A stretch of 61,137 bases of DNA, filler included, from 8 parts of 8 records of this genome joined end to end with filler, not necessarily neighbours in it; one strand, 5' to 3'. Counted from the first letter of the whole stretch, positions 32,963-43,663 are shown. The notes: a model not told the origin generated them from the sequence alone. Numbers and translations: made by a program.

Positions 32963-33964
32963 ATGAAAAAAATTTATTTTACGAAAGATCAGATAAGGCA
33001 ATATATCGATAAGATCCAGCAACAAAAAATTCTCGTTATAGGTGATTTGATGTTGGATCAATTCATATGGGGCAAAGTAAACCGTATTTCACCGGAAGCG
33101 CCCGTTCCGGTCGTTAAAGTCACTCATGAATCCGCTTATCCGGGTGGTGCTGCAAATGTGGCCCGTAATCTGGCAGATTTTGGTATACATTCAACTATTA
33201 GTGGATTGATAGGCCAGGACAGTTATGGGGATAGACTGTGTCATTTACTTCAATCTGCGCATATTTCTACAGAGGGAATACTCTCTTTAAAAGACTTTAA
33301 AACCATACAGAAAACAAGAATCATCGCAAGACAACAACAAGTTGTTCGTGTAGACAGAGAAGATGTTCGCCCGATACTGGACTCGGAGCTGGATAAATTA
33401 CAGCCCACGCTTGAATCACTTATTGCAAAGATGGATGCCATTATTATTGAGGATTATGGCAAGGGTTTCGTAACCCAGAACCTGTTAAATACAATTCTTT
33501 CAATTGCCCAAAAATACAATACAATCGTCACCGTCGATCCTAATCCGGCTAATCCATTAGATTGGTCCGGAGTCACATTGGTCAAACCAAATCGCCAGGA
33601 AGCATTTGCTGCCGCACAAAAACCTTTTTCAGAAGACATGCCAGGCGTTATGCAGGTTGGCACGGAATTACTGGAGCAGTGGAACACAGAATACTTGTTA
33701 ATTACACTTGGTGAAGAAGGCATGGTTTTATTCCATCCTCCTGAAAATGCTTATCACACACCCACAATGGCCCGGGAAGTCTACGATGTCTCCGGTGCCG
33801 GTGACACTGCGATCGCATTTTTTACAGCAGCCCTATCTGCCGGGCTTTCAGGACCAGAAGCCGCAGAAATCGCTAATCACGCCGCTGGCATTGTTGTCGC
33901 GAAATTAGGAACGGCAACATTAAAAGTAAAAGAACTTTATGAAAGTCTGGTCAACCATGTGTAA
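32963..33964 (+). CDS. rfaE1: D-glycero-beta-D-manno-heptose-7-phosphate kinase (stand-alone RfaE domain I/HldA)
   Basis: GDLMLD..IWG.V.RISPEAPVPVV, GGAANVA, DYGKG, DVSGAGDT. Confidence 0.92.
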   Translation: MKKIYFTKDQIRQYIDKIQQQKILVIGDLMLDQFIWGKVNRISPEAPVPVVKVTHESAYPGGAANVARNLADFGIHSTISGLIGQDSYGDRLCHLLQSAHISTEGILSLKDFKTIQKTRIIARQQQVVRVDREDVRPILDSELDKLQPTLESLIAKMDAIIIEDYGKGFVTQNLLNTILSIAQKYNTIVTVDPNPANPLDWSGVTLVKPNRQEAFAAAQKPFSEDMPGVMQVGTELLEQWNTEYLLITLGEEGMVLFHPPENAYHTPTMAREVYDVSGAGDTAIAFFTAALSAGLSGPEAAEIANHAAGIVVAKLGTATLKVKELYESLVNHV

Positions 33965-34511
33965 ACCAGCCATATTTTTTGACCGGGACAATACGATCAT
34001 AAAAAATATTCCATACCTGGGTGACCCGGATTTGGTAGAATTAATGCCGCACGCGCGTGACGCCTTAAACCGTTTAAAGAAACATAACTTTGAACTCTTT
34101 ATCATATCCAATCAATCCGGAGTTGGCAGAGGCTATATTACCAAAGAGCAGGTAGTGGCCGTCAACATGAAAATGAAAAATCTTTTGAAATTCCCCTATT
34201 TTACATGTATCTATTCCTGTTATGATGATCCTGAAAATCCAAAAGAATATTGTCGCAAACCATTACCAGCGATGATTCTAAAAGCAAAAATCGATTATGA
34301 TTTAAACCTGGAAAAATCCTTTTTTGTTGGGGACAGGTTAAGTGACATTCAGGCAGGACTTAATGCAGGGTGTCAGAGTATCCTGTACCTCACATCCGAC
34401 CATCCTGAAGAAACCAAAGAAGCCTCTGAACTCGCCCATTTTTCGTCTTTTAATTTGCTGGAAATAGCAGAATGGATCGTTGCTCACTCGGTAAATAAGA
34501 ATCCGCGTTAA
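33957..34511 (+). CDS. gmhB: Heptose-1,7-bisphosphate phosphatase (HAD IIIA)
   Basis: FFDRD, SNQSGVGRG, CRKP, VGDR.SD; overlaps the heptose kinase stop. Confidence 0.85.
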   Translation: MCKPAIFFDRDNTIIKNIPYLGDPDLVELMPHARDALNRLKKHNFELFIISNQSGVGRGYITKEQVVAVNMKMKNLLKFPYFTCIYSCYDDPENPKEYCRKPLPAMILKAKIDYDLNLEKSFFVGDRLSDIQAGLNAGCQSILYLTSDHPEETKEASELAHFSSFNLLEIAEWIVAHSVNKNPR

Positions 34512-34825
34512 ATTTACTATTTATCCCCCCTTTTCGAAAAAATCCAGAATATTCCTTGCTTTAATATTCGATGTTTTTTAACTTTATTAAGGGTAATACT
34601 ACTTTAATAGCACAAATTAACATGAACATTTAATTAATTTTCTCACTTTTTTGATTAACAATCAAATGAGAGATTATTTTGTTTTTTGCGTTGTGCGTTC
34701 AAACCTCGACCTGGCCACAGAATCTGCTCTCTCAAAGAAGAACCTGCAACTATATGATCAACACATCGATACAATTCACGTTCACAATAAAAGATAATAA
34801 CAAATCGAAATGAGGTGAAATAGCT

Positions 34826-36169
34826 ATGAGATTTTACTTTTTTCTCGTCATTATTATGTTATTTACCCATTGTATTACAGCTCAGGAACTACCTGCAGGT
34901 GAAGAGGCTCTTGGTACACAAAAATACGAAAACTATGAGAAACCGGAAGCATGCCAGAGCTGTCACACGGATATTTATCAGCAGTGGACACAGGCCATGA
35001 TGTCTCAGTCTTATACCCATCATTGGGATGAAATTGAATATTTCGATCTCGCTGTTCCACATGCGGAAAAAGATCCTTCTTTAAAAGGACCTGTAGATGG
35101 ATGTAACGGATGTCATACTCCGCTAGCCTATTTAGCTGGTGATGTAACACCTCCCAGACCGAGTGAAGGCTCTCGTGCTAACGAAGGAGTCAGTTGTGAA
35201 GTCTGCCACACGATTAAAGCATTCAAGGGTGATATTCCGTTTAACTTTAGCTACATTTCAAGCCCAGGGAGAATCAAGTATGGTGCCAAACCAGGATTAA
35301 AATCACCTCATCATGACACCGAGTTTGTGGATCTTTATAAACAAGCTGAATTCTGTGGTAATTGCCATAATGAAAAAAATCCCTTTGGTGTTTGGGTAAA
35401 ATCCACTCAGCTCGAATGGAAAGAAGGTCCTTATTCCAAAGAAGGGGTTCCGTGTCATCAATGCCATATGCCAAAAGCATTGGGAAAAAATGCCAAAATG
35501 GCACAAGAGGATATGGTCGCTCAGCATCTTTTTCACGGTGCTCACGATCCCGGCAAAGTTGGCGGTTCTGTAGAATTACGAATGCATCCTGAAGAGCGTG
35601 AGGTATTTTTTGATGAGGCTGTCGTGTTAAAAGTCCAGCTTTTTAATGCAAAGGCCGGACATAAAATTCCAACGGGATCTGTGGAAGATCGCATTGTATG
35701 GCTGAATGTAACAGCTTCCGATGTCAACGGAAAACAATATCATTTACCGGTTGATAAAAAAGGATTTGAGGGTGAACATTTTACTATAGCATCCGATGAG
35801 CTTGCATATCAGGATATGGGTTTACCAAAAGGTATTGAAAACTTTGCTGGCGTGGAACGGGATGGAATACCCATTGGAGATCGTATTTTTCGAATGCCCT
35901 ATCTCGACCCGGAAGGTCGTATGACCATTATGCAATGGAATACAAAATCATTGGGTGTCGACTATCGTATCGGACCGCGGGAAACAAAAATAGAAACATT
36001 TACCTGGGAACTGCCGGATGATATACCTCTCGGAAAATTAAATTTTACTGCAAAACTCAATTATCAAAAACTTGTTAAACCGGTCGCCGATTTCCTCGGT
36101 GTACCTGAAGAAGAAAGTGAAATCGTTTTAATCAATACAGCAAAAACCTGGATTGAAGTAGTAGATTAA
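34826..36169 (+). CDS. Exported pentaheme c-type cytochrome (c554/c552-like N-domain plus C-terminal beta domain)
   Basis: Signal peptide; five CxxCH (CQSCH, CNGCH, CEVCH, CGNCH, CHQCH); AGHKIPTG motif. Confidence 0.88.
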   Translation: MRFYFFLVIIMLFTHCITAQELPAGEEALGTQKYENYEKPEACQSCHTDIYQQWTQAMMSQSYTHHWDEIEYFDLAVPHAEKDPSLKGPVDGCNGCHTPLAYLAGDVTPPRPSEGSRANEGVSCEVCHTIKAFKGDIPFNFSYISSPGRIKYGAKPGLKSPHHDTEFVDLYKQAEFCGNCHNEKNPFGVWVKSTQLEWKEGPYSKEGVPCHQCHMPKALGKNAKMAQEDMVAQHLFHGAHDPGKVGGSVELRMHPEEREVFFDEAVVLKVQLFNAKAGHKIPTGSVEDRIVWLNVTASDVNGKQYHLPVDKKGFEGEHFTIASDELAYQDMGLPKGIENFAGVERDGIPIGDRIFRMPYLDPEGRMTIMQWNTKSLGVDYRIGPRETKIETFTWELPDDIPLGKLNFTAKLNYQKLVKPVADFLGVPEEESEIVLINTAKTWIEVVD

Positions 36170-36189
36170 TCAAAGAAAGGGCCTTTAGA

Positions 36190-37413
36190 ATGTTAAAGCA
36201 GCAGAAACGATTCATCCTTTTAGTTGGGATTATTGTATGTCAATTATTCATGACAGTGGATGTGCACGCCATTCCGGCTTTTGCGCGGCGGTATAAAATA
36301 TCCTGTAGCACCTGTCATGCCCCTATTCCGAAACTCAAAGATTATGGTGAAGAATTCGCTGGAAATGGTATGGTTATCAGGGAGGAAGAAAAAGCGCGTG
36401 ACTATATATCTGCTGGAGATGATCTCTTGTGGATAAACAGAACCATCCCGATTGGTATTCGTTTTGATGCCTATGCTATTTATGACCAGGATCAATCAGT
36501 CGATAATGATTTACAATCTCCGTGGGGATTAAAACTTCTTTCAGGTGGTGCTCTGTCTAAAAAAATAGGCTATTACTTTTATTTTTACATGTCAGAGCGC
36601 GGTGAGGTGGCTGGAGTTGAAGACGCGTACATTCACTTTGACAATGTCTTTGAAACAAATCTGGATATTATGGTTGGTCAGTTTCAAACCTCGGATCCTC
36701 TTATGAAAAGAGAACTACGCCTGACCTTTGAAGATTATATTATTTACAAACAGAATTTTGGTGAATCGCGTACAAATCTGGCTTACGATCGTGGAATTAT
36801 GTTGACGTATGGAATCGAAAAAACAGGAACGGATCTTGTCGCCCTCATTGTTAATGGAAATGGGAAAGCTGAGGCCGGGTCCGACAAAAAATTTGATGAT
36901 GACGAATTTAAAAACTTTGGCTTTCGCGTTAATCAAGGTATTGGTGAATTGTTTTCTATTGGCGGTTATTTTTATCAAGGCAAGGAAAAATCGTTGGATA
37001 CTTTTTTGGGCAGTCAATTTCCGGAAAATAAAATTACATATTATGGACCTGATTTTCATTTTTCCAAAGGGCCTATTGAAATCACCGCCCAGTACCTTCG
37101 CAGAAAAGATACAAATCTCTTTTTTAGCCTGAACCGGGATCCAATTTCCGGTCGGCCTATTGAGAATGTGGATTACAAAGCGGATGGATACGTTATTGAA
37201 GCTGTACTGGCACCCCAGTTAGATCGATCCCGATTTTATTTGACAGCTCTATACAACAGTATTAGCCATGATATAGCTTCTTATGATTATCAAACAGCAA
37301 CATTAAGCGGGACGTATCTCGTGGCTCGCAATTTTCGCCTTATTGGAGAATATACCCGTGATCTGGAAAACGATTTAAACCGGATGACTTTTGGGCTGGT
37401 TAGTGGATTCTGA
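36190..37413 (+). CDS. Monoheme cytochrome c fused to an outer-membrane beta-barrel (Cyc2-like cytochrome-porin)
   Basis: Signal peptide ending VHA, then IPAFARRYKISCSTCHAPIPKL..YG..F..NG; amphipathic beta strands; terminal Phe. Confidence 0.75.
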   Translation: MLKQQKRFILLVGIIVCQLFMTVDVHAIPAFARRYKISCSTCHAPIPKLKDYGEEFAGNGMVIREEEKARDYISAGDDLLWINRTIPIGIRFDAYAIYDQDQSVDNDLQSPWGLKLLSGGALSKKIGYYFYFYMSERGEVAGVEDAYIHFDNVFETNLDIMVGQFQTSDPLMKRELRLTFEDYIIYKQNFGESRTNLAYDRGIMLTYGIEKTGTDLVALIVNGNGKAEAGSDKKFDDDEFKNFGFRVNQGIGELFSIGGYFYQGKEKSLDTFLGSQFPENKITYYGPDFHFSKGPIEITAQYLRRKDTNLFFSLNRDPISGRPIENVDYKADGYVIEAVLAPQLDRSRFYLTALYNSISHDIASYDYQTATLSGTYLVARNFRLIGEYTRDLENDLNRMTFGLVSGF

Positions 37414-37872
37414 TTCCTATTACTTTGTAAAACAAGGCAATTTTGTAAGCTCTTATTAACATGGAATTTGCACGCATTTATATGATATTTTATTAGCTTA
37501 TCAATACAAGACCATTTTTATCAATCTGCATGGATTTGCAAGGATTGTTATTGTTTTTCATCCCAAAACCACCCAAATATAGCACAAAAAATATTTTATT
37601 GATTATAGGCTCTGAAGGAATAATAAAGGTTTCTTTGGTGGTTAAAAATAAATTAATTTGAATATATCATATTTACTTTGCTTTTGTTATCAACAAATTT
37701 TGATATTACATTTTGTGATCTCAAAGAATTTGGGGAAACCATCTGTGATCTCCTATTTTTAAATCCAACCTGTATTATTATAAAAGGGCATACTCCTCAA
37801 TTTTTCTCATAATGTTTAACAACACCGCAAATGAACAAGCACTGTCTTTAAATGGGACACAATTCTCATATT

Positions 37873-37999
37873 GTGGCGACATTTCGCCACTTTTTAATCC
37901 CAAACGCATTTATAAATTTTAAACTAGTAACCCCCAATAAAAATAATTCAATTAGTTATCAAGAATTAACAAAATGCAGTTTATGGCATTATTGTTGCA
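37873..37999 (+). promoter_or_regulatory. Sigma-54 promoter (37984-37999) with upstream palindromic activator-like site (37873-37890)
   Basis: TGGCATTATTGTTGCA (GG-N10-GC) and GTGGCGA-N4-TCGCCAC about 100 nt upstream. Confidence 0.6.
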
Positions 38000-38036
38000 T
38001 TAATAAATATTAAATAAGAATATTACGGGATTTAAA

Positions 38037-38650
38037 ATGACTAAAAATTTAGAAAAAGCAAAACCTCAAATAAACTCTGCCATAATTACAAAATGGCAGA
38101 GAATAGTTGATTTGATGGCTCAGACTGTTGAGGTGCCAATTGGCTTAATCATGAAGGTTGACTCTCCTCAAATTGAGGTATTTACATCAAGTAAGACTGA
38201 AGGAAATCCGTATGTAAAAGGTGATCGAGCTGATCTTAATACCGGACTTTATTGCGAAGAAGTTATTAAGACTCGTGCACCACTTTTAGTTCCAGACGCG
38301 TTAAAAGATCCCAAATGGGACCATAATCCAGACATTGATTTAGGGTTGGTCTATTATTATGGATTTCCTCTTGAATGGCCAGACGGAGATATTTTCGGTA
38401 CAATTTGTATACTTGATTATAAGGAAAATCCACTTGCCTCTAAATTTAAAGATTTAATAGAGCAATTCAAAGATACAATCAAAACGGACTTGCGTCTTGT
38501 TGTTCATTCTGTTGAACTAGAAAAGCGAGTGAAGGAACGGACTAAAGATTTGCAGGAAGCTAACCATCTACTTAAAAAGGAAATTGCTGAGCACGAGAGA
38601 ACTGAAAAGACTCTAAAGGTAGCGCTCAGTGAAAGAGATGTTCTTTTGAA
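38037..38650 (+). CDS. GAF-domain sensor, probably a HisKA_2-type histidine kinase, 3'-truncated
   Basis: GLYC..V......L.VPDA.KDP.W..NPD...YYG.PL.WPDG..FGTIC.LD, coiled coil, ends at ALSERDVLL. Confidence 0.75.
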
Positions 38651-38750
38651 NNNNNNNNNNNNNNNNNNNNNNNNNNNNNNNNNNNNNNNNNNNNTTAATT
38701 AATTAANNNNNNNNNNNNNNNNNNNNNNNNNNNNNNNNNNNNNNNNNNNN
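38651..38750. other. Artificial contig linker 5
   Basis: N44-TTAATTAATTAA-N44. Confidence 0.98.
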
Positions 38751-38821
38751 TGAGGTAAATGGGCAAGTTATTAAAGACCGGTTCCTTAAGCAGCTTCTTA
38801 AATTTTCCAGATTTTTTGAAA

Positions 38822-39835
38822 TTACATTTTGGTTTCCTGGATAAATTTTTCCATGTTCTCTTTACCCACGATGGACTCGTATTTATCCCAGCACTCCAGG
38901 CATTTTTCTTTCCATGCAGCCATTTCCTGATCGGAAGGCACCTTGATGGTCCAGCCGGCTTTGATCAGCTTGGCCTGGTTGTCCATCTCCTCTTTTTCCA
39001 CCAGATCCAGGTGTTTGACGATGATTTTGTCGACTTCTTCCGTAATGATCTGTTTGTAGGTCTCAGGCAGTTTGTTCCATTTTTTAAGATTGTACGTGAC
39101 ATGCCAGGTTTCCGGGCTGTCATAGGTGGCGACCATGACCTTTGCCACATCTCTAAACAGGTCGTACATATATACGGCGCCACTTCCAACCCACCCATCG
39201 ACAAGACCGGTGGCAACGGCAGTGGGAGCCTCGGCCCAGGGGATGGTCACCGGAGAAAAGCCCATTTTTTCAACAAAGCATTTGTAGGTATCTACCGGTG
39301 GAACGCGGATCTTCAATCCTTTGGCACCTTCGGTGGTGGTCACCACTTTTTCTTTCATCCCCAGACTGGCCAGATTGTTGAGCCATGGACCCAAGTAGTG
39401 CAGATCTTTTTCTGCGGCCCATTTTTCGCCAAGTTCAGTAATAATACCGCCGTTGTTGAAAACCTTTCGTACCTGATCCCAGTTGGAAACGATAAAGGGC
39501 AGGGTAAAGAGGTTCCATCGGGCATCGAGGCCAGTGTCAAATGAGTTGAACTGCATGTCCACAGCGCCGCGCTTGGTCATTCTTTCAAGTTCTGTCCAGT
39601 CACCGATTTCAGGCCCGAACACTTTAAAGGTGACGTTCCCTTCGGTTCTTTTGGTCACGTTTTCGGCAAACTCTTCAATCAGCTTGTGGGTCAGACTGGT
39701 CTTGGGCATCATTGCCTGGGAGACCTTCAGTTTCAGTTTCGGCAATTTTTCCGCCGCAACAGCACCGGAGAATCCAACGATTGCAAAGAGCATTACGAGA
39801 AGTACAACAGTCAATTTATTTCGCTTCTGCTTCAT
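38822..39835 (-). CDS. TRAP transporter substrate-binding protein (DctP family)
   Basis: Signal peptide; LPF, KGLKIRVP, P..IPWAE...A..TG.VDG. Confidence 0.88.
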   Translation of the reverse strand: MKQKRNKLTVVLLVMLFAIVGFSGAVAAEKLPKLKLKVSQAMMPKTSLTHKLIEEFAENVTKRTEGNVTFKVFGPEIGDWTELERMTKRGAVDMQFNSFDTGLDARWNLFTLPFIVSNWDQVRKVFNNGGIITELGEKWAAEKDLHYLGPWLNNLASLGMKEKVVTTTEGAKGLKIRVPPVDTYKCFVEKMGFSPVTIPWAEAPTAVATGLVDGWVGSGAVYMYDLFRDVAKVMVATYDSPETWHVTYNLKKWNKLPETYKQIITEEVDKIIVKHLDLVEKEEMDNQAKLIKAGWTIKVPSDQEMAAWKEKCLECWDKYESIVGKENMEKFIQETKM

Positions 39836-40340
39836 ACGGTTATGAACTCCTTATGTCCTTAAAATAGATTAATATCGATGGTTTTGGATCACCAAAACCG
39901 TGAATATGAATTTTCAATATCCTAGACAAGTGACACTGTAAAATTCATTTCTAACGGTACAGACACCTATTGTATCGGTTCGTCAATTGGGGGGCGTTCA
40001 AGAGAAATACGCTTGATCGGACCCAGGTGGTATTGTGAAATAAAAGCCCTGTTTTCGACGAACGATTGCTTCTATAACGGTGAATTTACGCATATCTCTA
40101 TCGAATCCGAATGTCAATGTGAAATCCATAAGGTCTAAAAAAATAATTGATAATTGGATTATTGGTAAAAAGAATGCTCTGTTTTTGGATATAATTTGAT
40201 AATGAGATGGGGGGGACCAAAGTGGCAAACAATATCCGTCAATTACACTCGGCTTCATCTCACCGTCATCCGTTCTCGTTTTTGCTTCTGAAATCGTCAA
40301 ATGTGCGGTATGATGAACGAAAATAGAAGGAGGATACAAA

Positions 40341-41546
40341 ATGGCAACAGACGCCCCATGGAAAGTGCTCATCATCGATGATGAGTCGGATATTAAAGAG
40401 GTGGTCTCCATTGTGCTGCAGGATGCCGGTTATCACGTCGAGACGGCAGACGACGGTCCATCCGGAATCGAGATGTGTCGGAAGGTGATGCCGCAAATTG
40501 TTCTGACGGATATCAAAATGCCGGGGATGAGCGGCCTTGAGGTGCTGGAACAGTTGAAAAAAGAGTTCAAAACCATTGAGGTGGTTGTCATGACGGCATT
40601 TGGTGAACTGGAGTACGCCGTCAAAGCCCTCCAATTGGATGCATCGGATTTCATCACAAAGCCCCTCCATGAAGAGAATTTGCAGTTGGCTGTCAAGCGG
40701 GCCAAAGAGCGCTACACCGCAAGGCAAAAAGTCAAAGAGTACACCGAGTTTTTAGAGCAGGAAAACATCAGCCTTGCAAAGCTTCTCCATCGGGACAAAT
40801 TGATCTCCCTGGGGCGTCTCTCCGCCAGTGTGGTTCATGAGATCAACAATCCCCTTGCCGGGATTTTAAATTACTCCAAATTGATGGGACGGATTCTCAA
40901 ACAAAAAGATCTGACCCCGGAGTATCTTGGAAAATTTTCCCACTACCTCCAGCTGATCGAATCGGAAAGTGCCAGAGTTTCCGGTATCGTTTCCAGTTTA
41001 TTGACCTTTTCCCGGAAAAACGAACCGGTCCTCTCTGATGTGCCCGTTTCCAAATTGATCGACGAGTGTATTTTGCTCAGCCGTCATCGGATGGAGATGA
41101 GTCAAATATCTTTTCAGAGCGACATCGCACCGGATCTTCCTGTGATCAAAGGGGATTTCAATCAACTCCAGCAGTGCCTTATCAATCTCATCTTCAATGC
41201 TGTGGATGCCATGTCTCAAAATGATAAAGGTAATGACAACAGCATGATTCGGGAGAGGACGCTTCAAATCAAAGCATTTTGCGACACGGAGTCTGAAGAG
41301 GGAAAAAAAGAAGAGAAAGCAGAAGAGGTGGTTATCCAGGTCATGGACAATGGCCACGGCATTGAAAAAGATACCATGAAAAAAATTTTCGAACCCTTTT
41401 TCACCACCAAGGCCGAAGGATACGGGGTGGGGCTGGGGCTCTCCATCATTTTCGGCATCATGGAGCGGCACGGCGGTCAGGTGGAGGTGGAATCGGAACC
41501 TGGAAAAGGGAGTTGCTTCAGCCTGAGATTACCCATTCCTCAATAA
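40341..41546 (+). CDS. Hybrid receiver-histidine kinase
   Basis: IIDDE, TDIKMPG, KP receiver; HEINNPL, N-box, DNG.GI, FFTTK, G.GLGL. Confidence 0.92.
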   Translation: MATDAPWKVLIIDDESDIKEVVSIVLQDAGYHVETADDGPSGIEMCRKVMPQIVLTDIKMPGMSGLEVLEQLKKEFKTIEVVVMTAFGELEYAVKALQLDASDFITKPLHEENLQLAVKRAKERYTARQKVKEYTEFLEQENISLAKLLHRDKLISLGRLSASVVHEINNPLAGILNYSKLMGRILKQKDLTPEYLGKFSHYLQLIESESARVSGIVSSLLTFSRKNEPVLSDVPVSKLIDECILLSRHRMEMSQISFQSDIAPDLPVIKGDFNQLQQCLINLIFNAVDAMSQNDKGNDNSMIRERTLQIKAFCDTESEEGKKEEKAEEVVIQVMDNGHGIEKDTMKKIFEPFFTTKAEGYGVGLGLSIIFGIMERHGGQVEVESEPGKGSCFSLRLPIPQ

Positions 41547-41576
41547 CAGAACCGGAAAGGGAAAGAAAGCGCGCAA

Positions 41577-43334
41577 ATGAACATTCATTTCTACGGTCAG
41601 TGGCTCAGCATCCTCGATCATCTCAATATTGCGGCGTTCCTGATCGATAACTCCAGGCGGGTCAAGAAGGCCAATGCCAGCGCAGCCAATCTCATCGGGC
41701 TTGATCTCGATGAGATTGAAAATTCCGATTGTCAGGAAATCTTCTGCGGTATTCCCTGCTTTACGCCCTGTCCTTTTATAGGTCGAGACAATTTCGAGAT
41801 CCTGGATATGGATATCGAATTTCTGGATGAAGCCGGTGAAAAGCACCGGGTCACCCGGGTTGGGGCGCCTTTTCTGGACAGCGACGGCAATGTGTGCGGC
41901 TGCCTTACCATCCTTCAGGATCACTTTCCCTACTCCAATCTACTCAACCGGATCCATTACGAAGAGCAGAGCCTAAAGATCATCTTGGATAGTCTCAATC
42001 TGGGGATTTTCACTGTCAATCGCAATGGACTGCTCACCTTTTTCAATCGGGCGGCGGAGAAAATGACCGGTTTCAATCGGATGAAAGTGTTGGGGAGACG
42101 CTATTTCCGCATCTTTCATGAGAGCGGCCACGAGGAAGGGGAGGGCGCTTTTCGGGAGGCGCAAAAGGCTGGAAAGACGGCTACGGCAGTAAAGGGACGG
42201 CTACTCAGTTTCCAAGGGGAGAAGATTCCGGTCAGTGCCGATTATATCCCGCTTCTCAACGATCACGGTAAAGTGATCGGCGGGATTGCCGCACTCCAGG
42301 ATAAAACCCTGGTCCACCAATTCGATCAGGTGATGAGTGATAAATATCGATTTCACGACATGATCGGCAGGGGGCCGGCCATGCAGCGGGTTTTCGATCT
42401 GGTTCGCATGGTGGCCGGCACGGAAGCCACCATATTGATCGAAGGGGCCACCGGCACTGGAAAGGATCTTCTAGCCAATATCATCCACTCGGAAAGCAGA
42501 CAAAAAGATAAGCCCTTTGTGAAGATCAACTGTGCGGCCGTTCCGGAGAATCTCTTGGAGTCGGAATTTTTCGGGTATGTCAAAGGCGCATTTACCGGTG
42601 CCGATCGAGACAAGCCCGGTCGATTCAGCGAAGCCGATACCGGCACCATCTTTTTAGATGAGATCGGAGACTTGCCCCTGGCGCTGCAAGCCAAGTTGCT
42701 CAGGGTGCTGGAGGATAAAGAGTTCTATCCCCTGGGCAGCAGAAAGACCCAAAAGGTGGATGTCAGAATCATATCCGCCACCAACCTGGGGCTGGATCAG
42801 ATGGTGGAGAAGAAGCGGTTTCGGCAGGATCTCTACTATCGGCTCAACGTGATGCGTATCGATCTGCCGCCCTTGATCCAGCGAAAAGACGATCTCCCTT
42901 TGCTGATTCGGCACATTTTACGGAAACAGTCGGCAGCCATGGACAAACCCCATATCGAGATCTGCGAAGAGGCCATGCGCACCCTTCTCAATTTTAACTA
43001 TCCCGGCAATATCAGAGAGCTGGAAAACATCATCGAGCATGCCCTGATCATCTGTCAGGGGGATCTGATCAATCGTATTCATCTTCCTACTTACATATTG
43101 AATGATGACGCCTCTTCCAATGGGATCAATGCGTCATCCGGGGCGGCTTCTGCCGAAAACAGTCGACTTACAAGCAGCAATGTAGAAGAGAGAAAACGGA
43201 AAATCGGTAAGCGGGAAAGGGAGAAAATCCTGGAAAGTCTGGAGCGAAACGATTGGCATCGGGGCAAAACTGCAGAGGATCTCAATATGGATCGAAGTAC
43301 GCTTTGGCGAAAAATGAAGAAACATGACCTGTGA
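41577..43334 (+). CDS. PAS-PAS sigma-54-dependent transcriptional activator
   Basis: Two PAS-like regions, GATGTGKD, GAFTGA, PGNIREL, Fis HTH. Confidence 0.92.
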   Translation: MNIHFYGQWLSILDHLNIAAFLIDNSRRVKKANASAANLIGLDLDEIENSDCQEIFCGIPCFTPCPFIGRDNFEILDMDIEFLDEAGEKHRVTRVGAPFLDSDGNVCGCLTILQDHFPYSNLLNRIHYEEQSLKIILDSLNLGIFTVNRNGLLTFFNRAAEKMTGFNRMKVLGRRYFRIFHESGHEEGEGAFREAQKAGKTATAVKGRLLSFQGEKIPVSADYIPLLNDHGKVIGGIAALQDKTLVHQFDQVMSDKYRFHDMIGRGPAMQRVFDLVRMVAGTEATILIEGATGTGKDLLANIIHSESRQKDKPFVKINCAAVPENLLESEFFGYVKGAFTGADRDKPGRFSEADTGTIFLDEIGDLPLALQAKLLRVLEDKEFYPLGSRKTQKVDVRIISATNLGLDQMVEKKRFRQDLYYRLNVMRIDLPPLIQRKDDLPLLIRHILRKQSAAMDKPHIEICEEAMRTLLNFNYPGNIRELENIIEHALIICQGDLINRIHLPTYILNDDASSNGINASSGAASAENSRLTSSNVEERKRKIGKREREKILESLERNDWHRGKTAEDLNMDRSTLWRKMKKHDL

Positions 43335-43647
43335 GCCACTTCATCAGTGATGGTGCATAGTGTTGCAATATTGTTTTAATTATATTGCAATCCTATTGAA
43401 TGTGTATATGATTTCAAATGGTTTTTTGTTTTATTATTCGATAATGTTGCATTGTTGTTGTAAAAAAAACGATCGCCACTAGAGCGAATCGTGACGTTAT
43501 TACTATTTGTATGAATGGTGCGTTTACCCATGTACTGTTGACAAAAAATTAAGTTTATTTGATTTAATCAATATTTTCAATCATTTCAAACCGTCTCTTC
43601 TTAAGATCTCTCCCATAATCACTCCTTCGATAAAGGATTGTTAGATT

Positions 43648-43663
43648 TGGCATCATTTTTGCT
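43648..43663 (+). promoter_or_regulatory. Sigma-54 promoter downstream of the activator gene
   Basis: TGGCATCATTTTTGCT, GG-N10-GC; TGTTGCA repeats at about 43361 and 43445. Confidence 0.6.

Noticed and set aside
13926-34511. Duplicated gmhB/heptose kinase genes as one extended heptose system
   Set aside because: The copies are on different fragments separated by linkers
34651-34665. FNR box upstream of the pentaheme gene (TTGAT-TAACA-ATCAA)
   Set aside because: The spacer is 5 nt, not the required 4; it may be another operator or a hairpin but cannot be called FNR
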